Assembly (NCBI GenBank): GCA_023231475.1
Contig: JALJEE010002436.1
Span: forward strand, 62,001-126,000
Direction of reading: 5' to 3'
DNA from: Seison nebaliae
Lineage: Eukaryota
Length of the DNA stretch: 64,000 nt
Of the stretch, positions 12,101 through 27,272 are shown one piece after another (positions within the stretch are counted from its first letter, which is position 1; every line of letters begins with the position of its first letter). The position numbers and the translations under genes are program-made. Below the pieces are notes generated by a model. It was given only the letters and a program-made list of their open reading frames with translations, did not search any database and was not told the origin of the DNA.

Positions 12101-14410
12101 AAGAGTTGACTTCGAATAATATGGCTAATAATCACAACAAAACTAGTTGATAAAGTAAATTTTTGAAAAGTTGAGTTCAATGAAATAATTGTTTTTCTTT
12201 CCATACGCTCGTTTCATTGTGCAGAAAACTGTTTCTTTTCTTTTTCATATTGACCAATTCATTCACCTTCTTCCGATACTCATTCTCCCCCCTTTTTTAA
12301 TATGTTTGTTACTTCGTCTAATTCTTCAAAAATTTTACACAATAACAAAGACATACAATGATTATATGTAATAAAATTCTTGCTTGTTAAATGGAAAATT
12401 AAAAGCATGGTCTTAATGAAAATTTCTAGGAAATTCCAGTTCTTCGATTACTGTTCTTATTTGAATGATCCAAATTTGAAGAACAGTCCCTTAAAGTTCA
12501 ACTAGTCTGTTATTTATTCATCAGAAGAATTATGGGTTGTTGAATCGGAAAACTGATAGAAATGCGTCATAACAGACGCACGAAGGGACAATAACTCCTC
12601 CCATTTCTTACAAAAGCTCCTATTTGCTTGCTAACTGGGAGAAAGTGTCATGAAACTGTTGGAGAATGATTTTCTATATTTTCTGTCGACATTAGCAACA
12701 GTTTGCGATGAAACTGTGTGAAAGAAATCGGCTATTTTCATAATTTATTCATTGTCTTTCACAAAATTCAAAGTATGAAGATGAATTCTTTCTCAATCAA
12801 AAGATCATCTCGTGTTATTTGAGAGAAACTGAGGAAGATGTCTATTCTACTTGGTCCATCCGACTATCAATGACGTAGTCTTATAAAGGATTTTCTTTTT
12901 CTCTTCAAAAATATCCTCTTCAATTATGGCGGAGTGGAAGGAGCACTTATCCTCTTAATTTAAAGAATTAAAATGAATGCAGATCAATTTGATATTTTCT
13001 TTCGTGCAATCTCTTTCAAACATTTCTTTAGTTATGTAGAAAATATCTCGAGATTAATTAATGTTTGAGATCCGAACGGAACAAGAGAATTTTTGTGCGA
13101 TCTCTTTCATATACGTTCGTTTTTTATTCAATTATTGCGTCATCCTCATCCGACAAATCTTCGATGACATACCTCGAATGTTTCGATGTATCATAATTCA
13201 AAGAAATTTAATCTTTGTTTTCTTAAATAATTAAACGGAACTTATTGAGCAAATGAAAGGATGAATATCGCGAAAGTGTTCCACAAACCATTTCTGCAAA
13301 CACCTACGATTATTATCGAAAATTCCATAAGAAGTAATCACTTGCAGAGACTTCTTTCTTTTTCCTCTCATAGAAACTTCATATTTTCCCATTGAACTAA
13401 ACAACTAGGTAAATGATTCAAAATTAATATCTTGATAAGAATGGTCATTCAATTAATTAATTTGATTAGTTTGAACAAATCCCTCAAAATTATCTAACAA
13501 TTTTAAGTTTAAGAATAATTTCCTATCATTTCTAGCGAGAATTCTAACAATTACTATATTATATTTTTATTCATTTGCTATGTTACTTAATTTGAAATAC
13601 GAAATTATTTTCAGTTTTCGAACTTTAAATAACAAAAATAAACTGTAACTAATCTCTGGAGTATTATTTGTTAAATTTCTTATGAGAATTTTGAATAAAT
13701 TGTAAATTTGCTTTTCCTTCTTAAAACTATTTTATACATATATACATAATATTTAAAATCGAAGACATTTTAATTTATATTTCTACTTCTAGAATGTTTA
13801 GACATCATCGAAGTCATTCTTACTTTACTTATATTTAAAATGTTTTATTATGTGACAATTTTGTACCTCTAATATTTGAACTAAAATTATAAACATGTTG
13901 ACATACTTCAGGTGTAAAAATGAAACATTAATTTCAGTTTCTTAACAGTTTCTTAAATTTTGAGAAGTTTCATTTGGTTGAAAAACAAATTGATCATTCA
14001 TGGCTCAATTTTAAATGAGTGTTGACGAGCTTTGAATTGTGTGGGAAAGTTGCACATTGCACAAGTGAGTGAGATAAATTTTTTAAAATATAAGCTACAA
14101 TCGTTATCCAAAGCAAATTAGTCACGTTCGATTATTATTGATTTATGAATGATTGCACAATATTCATTCAACATCTCATACGATGACGAGTATTGGAATT
14201 GTGAAATGTTTTAAGGAATTCGTATGAAAAAGTAAGAAATGTTCAAATGAATGTTCAGCTTAGTTACGACGACGTGATCGTTGGAAATTATGAAATTACA
14301 AGAAATATATTAAATTATGATTAAAGTAGGAGTGATGTGGAGGGATATACGTGGATGAAAGTTTTATTTGAAAACCGAAGAAATTATACAAGATAAAATT
14401 TCGAAAAAAA

Positions 14411-16835
14411 ATGTTATTCGTTCACTCGAAATGGAAGATTATTCTCGTTCTCATATTCGTCGTTTTGTGGACGATAATTTATTTAAGTATATTTGGCGAA
14501 TTCTTCAATGATTTGACATACAATTCACAAGTGGTGAAAAGTGGTGGAATTCCGGTTGTCTTACCGGAATCATTCCAAACGATTGATGATGAAATTAGAG
14601 ATATCGATTGGTTCCTTCATTTATCCGATATTCATATTAGTCGATATCATGGAAAAGAACGTTATGATGATATGAAACAATTCTTATCTCGATTCCTCAA
14701 TATTATTGATCCATCTTTTGTATTCGTTACAGGAGATTTAACAGACGCAACAGAAAAGAATAGAAAAGGATCTCAACAATTCCTGGACGAATGGCAATCA
14801 TATCAAACTTTATGGAATTTGACGAATAGTTTCGGATACGATTGGTTCGATATTCGAGGTAATCACGATTCATTTAATGTAGCGAGATATCGAGATGATC
14901 AAGATCTTTATTTGAATTTCTCTTCTCTCAAATATTTGGAGAGAACGAGAAAAATAAAAAATCCATCAAATTCCTTCGAAATGATGAGGAAACGGAAAGA
15001 TATCCGAAATTCTCATTCATTTCTTCTCCAACATCAATTGAATCGATTTGATAAAAATAATCGAAAAAATTTATCGATTATCGCTCTCGATTCAAATCCA
15101 CAACCAGGTCCTCGACGTCCCTTCAATTTCATCGGAGAATTTAGTGAAATCAATTGGAATTGGATGAAAGAGATGATGGAGAAAGTTGTCAATGAGAATT
15201 CCATTTCTTTATTAGCAGCACATCATCCTCTCAATTGTTTGTCATTGACTGATCGGAATGAATTGTTAAATTTAGTAAAGAAATATAGAAAGAAAGATGG
15301 GAGAATATTAAGTGGATATTTGACTGGACATTTACACAATTTCTTCAATGTCGGTGGTCGAATGTTCCGACGTCATATCGACAATTTATATGAGTTCGAA
15401 TTGAATGATTGGAAATATTCGAGAGCGTTGAGATTATTTGCTGTTGATAGTGACTCATTCACTTTCCACGATTATCGTTTCAATAATGGAAAAAGTGAAG
15501 TGAAAAAAAGTGTGAAAAAATTGAAAAATTTTGATGGAACTTCTCAATTGATTGGAGAGAATTCGACAATTTTCCTCATTACAAATCCATCACTTTGGCG
15601 CCATCAACAAAATAATGAGAAATGGTTAAATTATGTTCTCAAAACGAATTATATTCATCTCTTGTTATTCAATCAAAAATCATTTAATGGAATTACTGTG
15701 GAGATTTTTCATAAAGGAAAATTAATTGAAACTTTGAAAAAAATTGATAGGAAATTCAAACCGCTCTATCTCATCAAATGGCAACCGAAATCTTTGTTGA
15801 AATTATGTTCGGAATTTGAATGTTTATTTGAATTGAAATTGAAAATTCATGAGGAGAATAATGATTTGGTGAGTAGTCATTCATTTTCACTTGGCACTAA
15901 TTGGAATGACAGATTACCTCGATTGGATAAGATCTCGTTGTTTATTTTAACATTTCCTCAATCCATTTTCCAAGTCATTTATTATAACTCGATTTGTGTA
16001 GTGATACTTTTCTTCATTTATTGTCGATGGATTAGTGGAAAGAAATTATTGAGTTGTAAACGACCTCGATTATGTGACGTTCCATTGAAATATTGTCCGA
16101 AACATCCCAAATTTTTCTATTCAACATTCATCGATGCTCTCATTCGAGGAACTTATATTTTGTCTTATTCTTATATCGATATGATATATTTATTTATTTA
16201 TATAATTTGGATTGCTGCTTTGCCCTGGTTCATGGTCGACATTACCATCAATGAACATCATAGAGATACATCATTTTTCTTCGCTTATGGAATTTATTCA
16301 ACAAAATCGTCAGTTATGTTAGCACCTGGTATTCAATATATTTATGCAACTTTTATGGTTAATTTGAATTTTTTATCATTTTTAAAATCATCATTATTTC
16401 CATTAGATGATCATTTATTTGATACCCATGCTCATTACGATGGCGTTAGATGCGAATTTCTATTTCGAGGAAGGCAATCGAGGTTTCAATGTCTTACATC
16501 GTCCAAGCATGACGGAATTGGTGAGGGAGAATCAAATTGAAATAAACGAAGTTTCTACCGATGATCAATTGAACGAGAATGACGTCCAACCATCAATAGT
16601 GACGTGCAAGGGCAAATTGTGCGAATTGTGTCGTCGAACTTTTTTCTATTTCTTTTATTATCAGATTTATTTCATAATTTTCATTTCTCTCGTTATCATT
16701 CCATTGTGTATTTCATACAGTTTCCGTCTATTCATTTTTTCACCCGTTTTATTTTGGCTTCCGCTTATTGGCTCTATTCTTCGTCTCACTCTTACCAGAA
16801 GATTAGCTAGTAAACGTATCATTTCTAATTTATAA
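14411..16835 (+). CDS. TMEM62: TMEM62-like membrane metallophosphoesterase, 2 exons
   Basis: N-terminal TM; calcineurin-like motifs SDIH, TGDLTD, RGNHD, HHP and GHLH; GPRRPFNFIG; several C-terminal TM helices. A 49-nt intron (16358-16406, GTTAAT..TAG) joins the 14411 and 16407 ORFs. Confidence 0.88.
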
Positions 16836-18220
16836 TAACAATAGTTTGCGATTTATTCCAATAAAATTTCTTAAGAATATTTTTCAAATAAAAAAAACTA
16901 TCAGGAATGAGAAGGAAGAGAAATGTAAATCCGTTTTAAACGATATGCTGATAAGCCTCCATTCTCCCCGCCTACACATTGCCCTAATGAATTGTGTCAA
17001 ATTCGGGGGCGAATCAACTAATAAAGTTTGTAAATGAAAACAATTGAAAATTTTCCTTACAAAATTCTCGAATTGTCACTGATGATGATGGTGAGGGAGG
17101 AGCAGTAGAGTGGAGATCTGGGAAGTGTTTGATCCAAATTAAAAGATAATTGATAAGATTCCTCTCATTATTCGAAATATTTCCATGAGAATATTTGGAT
17201 TGTTTTCATGAAATTGTCTCTAATGATCTGGTGAGATAATCAACAAATTAGAACATGACAATCTCGACATTGGTCGACGGAGAATGATGATAAGTTTTTT
17301 TCTCTTCTCCCATAATTGATAATTCCTTTCGAATGTCGATCGTCGTAAGAACTTATTCTCTTCTCACTTATTCTGATAGTTTTTATTCTTTTCATAACAA
17401 CAGGACGACAATCTGACACAAATAATTTCGATTCAAGTTAATGAGAAGAGAAATTTTCGCGTCCAAATTTAATTAAATTTCATTCGAACTTTCTCTCTTA
17501 TCCCACATTGTTCGTTTCCCTATTGTTTCTTTTCTTCTGATTAACATTTACGTTGATCAGTTAACTTTATGTAATTATTTCACCGTTTTCTTTTTTGTTA
17601 GTTCCAACAAATCATAATTCCATTTCGACGACGACGATGACGACGACGTCTAGTGAGGACGAGTGATGAGGTCACTCATACATCGAATGACGGATAGATG
17701 AAAGTGAGATTATTATCCGACATATACTCGATCGAGATATATTGGCTGGTGATGAGTAATCAAATCAATTCGCTTTCATGCTATTTAATTTCGAGTAAAC
17801 GAAAGTAACAACGAAGTACGAAAGAGAATACAATCGATCCATCATCCTCATTATGTGGACGATGATCATGATTATCATCATTCTCATATCGATCCGTTCG
17901 TGTATGGCGAGAGTGGTGGAATTTCATTATCGTACAGATGTTTTACGAATTCATCTCATCTTTTATTCGAGCGGCTCCAAAACTCCCTTTCATCATTTCA
18001 ATTTTCCCAACTAACCTTAATCAATAAGAAACATCTCGTTCCTTTTATTCTTCTTCTGATATTCATTTGGATGATAATTTACATTCTACTTAAACTTATC
18101 CATCTCTCCACTTAATCAATCCAACAATTTATTCATTCTCTCATTCTACTTTTTTCTCATTCGTTCGATTTATTAGATCGATTTCTCTCAAACATTTCAT
18201 CCTAATTTTAAATTATCGTC

Positions 18221-19917
18221 ATGTCCTTCCACTTGTTACTTCTCTTCATTTATCTCATTCATTCCGTCCAATCCTCAAAACACAACGTCGAATATCAAGG
18301 TTTCTTTCATTCGTTCAAATTTTTAAATTTTAAATTTTACAAGAAATCATGAATGGTTGTCGAGTAATGGAGAATTGGCTATTTGAACTTTTACTTCCTC
18401 CAATTCCCAAAGAAATTTCTGCCTCTTTAATTCTCAAGAATTGGAATGAGAAGATTCTCCGAGAACATGAGACTGATAAGATCTTCAAATCAGAAAGTAT
18501 GAGATTAGGAAACCAGTTCAATTATCAGCAACTTCAACATCTCCATCAACAAATCAAAGACGAAAGTAATTCGATCGAGAGGAATTTGAGGAATTCTTTA
18601 AAGAAACTTTATAAAAGTCTCAAATATTTCGAACAACTCTCTCGACAAATTCTCGCACTCAACCGATATTACAAATCTAACGTTGAGAAATTATTCGAAT
18701 TGAAACATAACCAATTGACAATTTTGTCATTGTTTGTTGATAAAAATCAAAAAATCTCCACCATCCCTACCACAACCACCACACAGACATCCATTCATGA
18801 TATTCAAGAAAATTTCACAACTTTATTAAATTTCTTCTCACCTTATTCTATCGCTTCATCTTCACAACTCACTACCACATCCGTGAAACCGTTCGAATCA
18901 ATCATTAAGAAAATTTATCCATATTCTCGTTCATTCAAATCTGCCAACATCAATCAAACTTCCACATCGAAAACGGCCGAACGGAAATTTCCCCCACAAT
19001 TCAACCAATTCCAAAACATCATTCCCACATCGACGTCGGGTAAATCATATTTGGAGAATCTTCGCCTTCGACAAACTTCCACCGTTACTTCCACAACAAC
19101 AATAACGCCATGGTTCACTTCCACGACGGAAACCATGATTCCATCATCATCACCATCAACAACAATTTCTCCATCTTTGGGGAAATCATTCAAATTCTCG
19201 TCCACAAAACCATTAAAAGGTTCGATTTCGGTGGTTACTCCAACTCTCTCAACTCGAACCTTATTACGAAGTGGCGTTATACATAATAAGGATTTGATGT
19301 CGAACGTCGAATCGAAAACACCAGATGAATTGATATCTATTCTTCTTGGTCTCCAACCACCAACAACATCATCAAATCGAATTTATAAGAATGAAGACAA
19401 TTCAATGAAAACGGAAGAGAATGAAGATATTAATGACGCATTATATCAATTATCAGAGAAGACATTGACGAGGAATGAGAAAGTGATTACGAATATTAAG
19501 GAATGTCATAGTCGTGGTAGTTGCAATTTCGAACATACAGTCAAATGTGTCACAAATGAAATGTCAAAGACGAATTATATGGAGAAATCGACTACTGATG
19601 ACTACGACGTTTTCTGCATATGCGATACAGCTTATACTGGATTATATTGTGAAAGTTAGTGATTTTTACCTTGTATGAAATTCGTATCTTCCATTTTCCT
19701 AATGATGTTACATGAGAACGAAATTGATGAATTTGTTTATTTTCCTTTTCCTCTAGTCAAATCGCCTTGTTTGTTGACGAATAACACTCATCTATATCCT
19801 CATCCAAACGATGATTCATTATTCATCAAATGTTTCGGAGGACTCAGTTACCTGTTCCCATGTCCTCAACCGATGGTCTACAATGCATATTTGAAACGAT
19901 GTGTAATTGAACGATAA
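18221..19917 (+). CDS. Secreted protein: signal peptide, helical region, Thr/Ser-rich mucin-like stalk, EGF domain, C-terminal chitin-binding type-2 (peritrophin-A/CBM14)-like domain
   Basis: ATG at 18221 (MSFHLLLLFIYLIHSVQS); introns 18300-18343 and 19655-19756 preserve the frame. EGF-like region CHSRGSC..C..CICDTAYTGLYCE, then PC..LYPHPNDDSLFIKCFGGLSYLFPCPQPMVYNAYLKRC. Confidence 0.75.
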
Positions 19918-21126
19918 GAATTTCTTTGAGAATTATAATATATTTCATCATTATGATTTCTCTAAAAATTACACATATTATTGTTACTGATAAATTAATA
20001 AAATTATGCGATTGTTGCCCTTCAATGTCATTCATGGTCGTTTTGCCTTCGAAACTTCTGTTTAATGGAAGGTAAGACGATACGTTTACCATTTACTCTC
20101 AATGATTTAATTCACCAGTTTCTTCCCACACACTATTCAAATTGAATGAAAATAATTTTAAGGAACAATATTCCCACCAGGTGAAAAATGGCAATTATTT
20201 TAGTGCAATCATTTACATCCAGATTTGTATTAATAATTAGACATCACCATTAACTATATACATATAAATGAAGAACGTTGAATTGTATTCTTTCCATTCT
20301 CAGACAAATGTTATGGAAAGAATTTATGATGACATCATTCACAAGTTGACATGTTAAGGAAATTTTTTATAGAAGGGAAACGAGTTTGAGTTTTATGATT
20401 TGATTTGTTAAATCAAAATAAACTTACATCAATGTCTCACCTTGTAATGGAGAAATATGTTATTAATGGTGGGTCACTAACTCTCCACATAATTCATTAT
20501 TTCCATTTTAATTCCACACTTGTGCATGGGAAATATAAATGATTAATTCCCAATCTTGCAGTGATAATTTGAGAGAATTTACATTTTAATTCAAAAGTTT
20601 TTTTATAACGTTCAATAATTTCTCGCGATTATTTTAAGAGCAAAGGATATATTTGTAATTAATGAAAATTCTATTGGAATTGAAACCAATTCGATTCAAC
20701 ATATTTTTTCCTCAATAAACACGTAATCGGTTAACCTTGTCACTGAGAGTTATGTGAGAGAAGGACAAAGGACAATTGCTTATACATTGCTTGACTGAGG
20801 CAGCATTGCAGTTACGTCTCGTAGCAACACAATTTTTATTTACTTAAAAAATTGTAGAATACCATTCTAGACGAATATGTAGGAGCATTCTCTAACAATT
20901 TCTTCCTTTTTCAAGATTTTATTCGTTGAAACTTTATTCTATTCACAAATGGAAGATAAATATAGCTGAAACTGCTCAATCTAATGAAGGATTTTTTTCA
21001 TTTCAATTATTTCGGTTCAATTTATCCATTTATTTAAAACAATTTAAAAGTGTAAAGAAAATAAGTAGTTTGTAAATAATAATTATCCAAATCTCAATAT
21101 TTCGCAACTCGACCAATTCTTTTAAA

Positions 21127-24100
21127 ATGAATTGGAAAAAACTGAAAAACTCTTCGACCGTTTTCTTCATGTTGTTGTGGTTGGAAGTTCTCATTGTCAG
21201 ACGACGTCCTCTCACAATCATTTTTGAAGTGATCGTCATACTCTTATCTCCAATCATATTCATAACGGCACGAGCGATATATGTCGTAAAATATTCGACT
21301 GATCTCGAATATGGCCATTTTAATGATATGCTTCCACCATTCCCTTTAGTCAAAACGCAAGCATTCGTAATCGCATATTATCCACACAATCAATTCACTC
21401 ACGCCATAATGAATTCTTTCGATGTGAAATTGAGTTTCTGTACCGTCAATATACCACATACGGTGGTACATCGCAGTTCGTTTTTTATATCGATATCGAA
21501 AAATTTTAAAATTAAATTAGATTTTACTTCTCAAGAAGAAATGGTTGAGTGGTTGAAAAATAATACTGATTTCATGACGCAAAAAGACCAAGTGATTGGT
21601 GTGACATTCCCTGACATCTCACCAGAAAGTGGTGAGGAATTCAATGCATCGATTAAATTGCAATTTGCGTATCAGAAATTATCGGATTTTAATGAAGCTT
21701 ATGTTCCCGGTGGTTCGACGGAAGGTCGATTTAATATCGACCGATTATATGAGGCGAAACCTCCTTTAGGACCTCGAGTTTTTCGCAATTTAGCCGACGG
21801 TTTTATTCCAGGTTTCAAATTTCCTTCTATTCAAATATAATTGAGGTAAATCTGGAAAAAAACATTAGGTTATGTACGTCATTTTTGGATAACTGTACAA
21901 AGTTTATTGATGAGAGTGATATATATGCACATGTCGGATGATCGAATACCGGCCGAATTTAAAACACATCATTTCTGCTTAATGGGCCCGGCATTACAAT
22001 TAGCGAAATTTCCTCATCCAAAATATCGGAATGACAAAGCTCTTCATATAATTTATGTGTTTCTTACTCTCATCATCACAATCAGTTACTTCGTATTTAC
22101 AACATATTTCACTCGTCTCCTCATTTCCATCCGTTATAAATATGCATTCATCTTATTGAAAATTCCACTCTGGAAATTATGGACGGTGAAATTTATTCGT
22201 GCATTTATCGTCCTAACATTACATAATGGTCTACTATGTTTAGTGTTAGTGATGAGAATCAGTACTCCGGTAGAAAAGATGGTAACAAATCGTACAATGC
22301 CAAATTATCAAGTTTATCATGAACAACGTCAAAATGAACAAATTATAAAATATAGTTCGATTATTTACTTCTTCTTCGCACTCCAATTATATGCCACGTC
22401 ATATTTATTATTCGTTATATTAATCGCTTCATACTTCAAACAATCCGTCATCGGTGCCATGGTCTGTAGTTTGCTTCATTTTCTCATTTATCTACCCAAT
22501 CTAGCTACATCAAACAATTATAATTCTTATGTGACGACTATTATTTTGGAGATTTTCAGTTACGGAGCAGCTCTCGGAGATTTGGGGAAATTATATGCGA
22601 TTTGTGAATCGAATGCTTCGAAATTGACATCGGACGGTAAATATTATTTCTATTTACCCACAGTCAGAATAATATATGTTTGCCAATTGACGAATATATT
22701 TGTAATTTTACTTCTAATAATTCTATCGAATATTACACGAATTAGAAGGATGATTGAACAAAATAAGATATTTCCAATGAGTAATATCGAGAAAGCGATG
22801 AAAGTGTCGAATTTGAATAAAATTTATAAAGTAAATGGATGTTCAAATCATGCATTGAAAGATGTTTCTTTCACCGTCAACGATTTATCATTAAATGCTC
22901 TTCTCGGTCACAACGGTGCCGGTAAGAGTACTCTCTTAAGGATATTAGCGGGAGAATTCCCTCAAGACTCAGGAGAAATTCAATACTGTCAATACCGATC
23001 GACCGTTTTATGTCCCCAACAGAATTGTATAATTTCTTATTTAACATTGGAAGAACAACTTCAATTCTGTGCGAAAATTAGATTGAAAGATCTGGATTGG
23101 AAAATGTCGGAAACAAAAATAAGTGAAATTATTACAAGTTATTCATTATCTAAATTTCTACATAAAAGAACTGGAAAATTATCGGGTGGAAATCAGCGAC
23201 GATTAACTTTGGCTTGTACTGTCATCGGTAACGAAAATTTATTGTTATTAGACGAACCGATGGCGGGAATGGATGTTAATGGAAGGAAAATTGTATGGGC
23301 CGCGTTAAAAGCGGAAAGTAAACATCGAATTGTTATCATGTCCACACATTATATAGTGGAAGCTCAGAAATATGCAGATCAGGCCATCTTCATGTACGAA
23401 GGCTCCACCAACTGGATCAAATCATTTGAAAGAAATAATTCTACTAATCGTCAAAAAATTATTATTAGTAAAAAAACCGAAAGTCTCCCAAATAATCAGC
23501 TTTCCATCTCGAAAAGAAGATCGCGAATTGATGGGGCCCTATCGAATTCCACCATCTCAAAAAGTGAATCAGTTTTAACGGATTTTACTCCTTTCGAATC
23601 GTCGATGTATATTCCAAGTACGGAAACTTCTGGTTTGTCACCGGAAAATTTGGAATTGAACACGACCAAAATTGAAGAAATTTTCGTTAAAAAAGATAAA
23701 AATCGTTTCGATTTAACTGAAATTACAAATGTCATTCAAGAGAACAATCCCAGATGGTTAACACTCAATGATGAGACGTTAGAAGATGAATATGTCGCTC
23801 GATTCTTATCCGATAATTCTTCAGAAAGATCATTTCAAATAGAACAAATTTTAGAGAAAGAAATAGTTTATAATGAAACGAAAGATATTTATTCCATTTT
23901 ATTTCTAAAACAATTCAGATATTTGAAACAAAGAAAACTAATGCAAATCATCATTACCGCATTCTCTCTCGGTGTTATTATGATTGCTTCCATCTATTTC
24001 GTCATCGGATCTCAAAAAGAGGAGAAACTTGAAAGAAGATTCTCTTTCGACGATTATGAGAATAATATCATAATTTATTTTGAAAATTATCTAATCGACG

Positions 24101-26484
24101 AACGATTTGATGATCAGTTCATTGAAATTCTTTTCGACAATTTACAAACTCAAAAAACACATTTTGTCAAAATCGTTCAAAATGGAACGTTACATATTTA
24201 TGATATTGAATTGAACGAATTTGTTAAGTTCGATAAAAACAAATTTCAAGTGAGTAAAGAAAACGATTTTTGGATAGATAAATTTTCAACAATTGAAAAA
24301 TGCAGCGGTAGAAAAGAATCATTCGAACAAGATACTGAACCGTCACCGAAATTCTTTTGGTGTTTAGGCACCGAAGATTATTTATTATTCAAACGAATTA
24401 TTCGAACAGTTGTCACTGTCAAGAACTTCTCACCCAGATATCAAAGAGTGATGGTTTATTTTAATGGTGATTCGTTCCATTCATTACCTCTAGTGAGTCA
24501 GTTTGCTTTGCAAACTTTCTTTTTGGGCTATCGGAAAAGTGTCGATTTAAATTTTACAGGTGTCGTCAAAATCGAATTGATCAATGAACCGATATCTCAT
24601 AATCAGAAAGTGAAATTGAATGAAGATCGTTTATCAGAATTCGTCGTTATTTTATTGATTTCATTAAGTGTCCTACTTTTCCATGCGAATATTGGTTGGG
24701 AAGTTGTAATGGATTTTCCTTCTCGTCATTATCAATTGATGAAAGGTGTTGGTCGAATCCAATATTGGATGACGGTTTTTATATTTAATATTTCCTTATG
24801 TATTGTCTTCGATTTTTGTGTCATCATTATTCTCCTGATAATAACCAGACAACAATTACTACCGGTGAATAGTCAATGGTTGGCGTTATTCGTCACACTT
24901 ATTCTTTTTAGCTTAACAATTATACTCAATTCATATTTCTTGGCATTTCTTATAAGGAACTTAAGTGTATTTTTCGTCGTGAAATTCGCCTATAATGTCT
25001 TATCAGGAATCATCCCATTAATCATGATTTATGTCTTCCAATTAACGAACGAAGTGAAAGAAGATCAAATTGATCGAGTTCTCCGCTTCATATTTCCTGC
25101 ATATGCTCTCTCCAAAGGCATTCTGTCTATAACGGAAAATTATTTTTATTCGAAAATTTGCGAAAATACGAGAGATTGTGGAATTGGACAAAATCCATGT
25201 TGTCCAAGTTAATATTCTCCTCATATTTCCCCGTTAGCTTATAAATGATTTTTAGATGATTGTGGAAAACGTTGTTTCCATTTTACTTCCAATTACTTCG
25301 CCATCAATAACTATAATGGAGTGGGATTATCTCTCATATGTTTCATTATTCATTCCATAATTTATGTTTTCGTTATTTGCATCTTCGAGTTTCTCGCTTA
25401 TCGGAAGAATATTTGGAGAAATGCCATCTATCACAGACAATTAGGAAGGAGTAAATTATTCCTACAAAATTGTAACCATCAATTCTTTAAGATGAATGAT
25501 AAAGGAGAATTGTTGAATTTGAAATTCTTCCTCAATTGTTGCGAATTAGTCGTTGGTGCGAATGGAGCAGGCAAATCGACATTACTCAAAATACTTTATG
25601 GTAAATTGAAACTTAATCCAGGAACGTTAAAATTAATTAATTTAATAGTCGTTTGATTTTTATAATACTTTGAATTTTTGTATTGAGTAAAATAATATTT
25701 TCTGATCAGGATAAATCAGATGTCGGTTATTGTTCGCAGGAGGATGAAGCAATGTTTGGAGAAGAAATGACGGGTTATGAATGTCTTGAGATTTATGCGA
25801 AACTTCATCGCATTAAACATTTTCAACAACATATTCAGGACATTGGCAGATTAATCCATTTAACGAGAGCACTTCGTCGTCCAATTCTGACTTATAGCGG
25901 GGGAATGAAACGACGTTTGTCATTAGCCATTTCACTTATCTCATTTCCCACTATACTCTTATTGGATGAACCGACATCTGGTGTTGATCCTGTGATACGT
26001 CGAGATATCTGGTCGTTTCTCGCTATTTATAAGAAACGTCGAGTTATTATAATGACGTCTCATTGGTTTCTTTCTTTATCAACTATTTCTTTTTCTATTA
26101 TCTAATTTTTGTAGCAAAGACGAAATGGAAATATTGGCAGATCATGTACAGAATTTTGGTGAACATTATAAACGTTTATCGATGAAACAAGAAAGGATTA
26201 ATAATCTGGTTGAGGTGCAACATAAATTGGAACCGGAATCCGATGATCATTTAAAGATTCACGAATTTTGGACGCAATTAAGTAAGAAAGAATTTTTCGG
26301 TACACCGCAGAAATGTACGGATTTGAATTTCTTATGTGTTAATCTCGAAATTCATCGGTCTCGACTCGTCAGTTTATTGAATGAATTGAAGAAGATTGAA
26401 GGATCTATCAATAAAATTGAAATTAGATTCAATGAAGTTTCTATGATCGAAGCTCAAGATGACATCCCTGAAAGTTTATCTTAA
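21127..26484 (+). CDS. ABCA-subfamily full-length ABC transporter, paralog 1 (6 exons)
   Basis: N-terminal FMLLWLEVLIVRRRP..FE plus a TM helix and two TMDs. NBD1: GHNGAGKST, LSGGNQRRL, LLLLDEP, STH. NBD2: GANGAGKST, GYCSQ, YSGGMKRRL, LLLDEPTSGVDP, MTSH. Short introns near 21477, 21812, 25208, 25626 and 26066. Confidence 0.9.
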
Positions 26485-27272
26485 AGAAAATTATAATTTA
26501 TTTTCTACACAATCCGTTCTAATTATTAACACAAAAACAAATAAACGTCAATGAAAGATAAACCATATTAGTTTTCCAACAAATGCTTTCCAGTACTCAA
26601 TTATCGATAATAATCAGTAGAAAAATCTATTAAAATTCTTTGTAATTAGTTGTAAATTGTTATTCATTTTTTTAGTTGTCTTAAAATATCTTCCTTGGCA
26701 ATTTTTCACGGACCTAAAGAAAGTATCATTGAATTCTTACTACAGTTTACTTACTTTTTGAAATTTCAGATAAATTCCTCTTAAGAAATCGGTGGAGATA
26801 TATCGGAAAAACTTCTACTACAATCATTAGACACGGGAATAATAGAGGAGATCGACCCTGACATCGTAAGTCATAATAGCATCTTAAAATATCATATATG
26901 TATCATTTGCAATGATAGTTCGTTATGTTAAGCTTAGTTTGTTTGCCTCGGAGTTAAATGAAAATAATGGAAAATAATTTGAAATTTATTTCATTTAAAC
27001 CAAAAATTGTTTGTTATAAATAGATCTAATTTTTCATTTCAATTTGCGCTAAAATCTTTTTAATCGATTTATTATTTTCAATTTCGTATTTTTTGGTAAT
27101 TTTTTTAAGTTTTCAAACTCAGTTCCCAAGTGAACCTAAACGGCAATACTCGGGACATTGGCATTAGCCAAATATTATTTCACCATTATAGTTAGGAGGT
27201 TTTATGAGAATATGTGAATGATTATGTATTCGTTTAGTTTATTCTTAGTTCGAATAAAGTTTTTCGTAGAAG

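Noticed and set aside
9664..12371. Short ORFs of 60-96 aa in the RTK-TMEM62 gap
   Set aside because: No recognisable motifs, many non-ATG starts and no consistent splice chain.
12400..13300. Coding-looking stretch, possibly a decayed gene or transposon
   Set aside because: The frames I translated hit stops every few dozen codons; I recognised no domain, terminal repeats or target-site duplication.
20816..20828. Possible RFX X-box (GTCTCGTAGCAAC) upstream of ABCA paralog 1
   Set aside because: Only the half-site matches well; too degenerate to support without conservation data.
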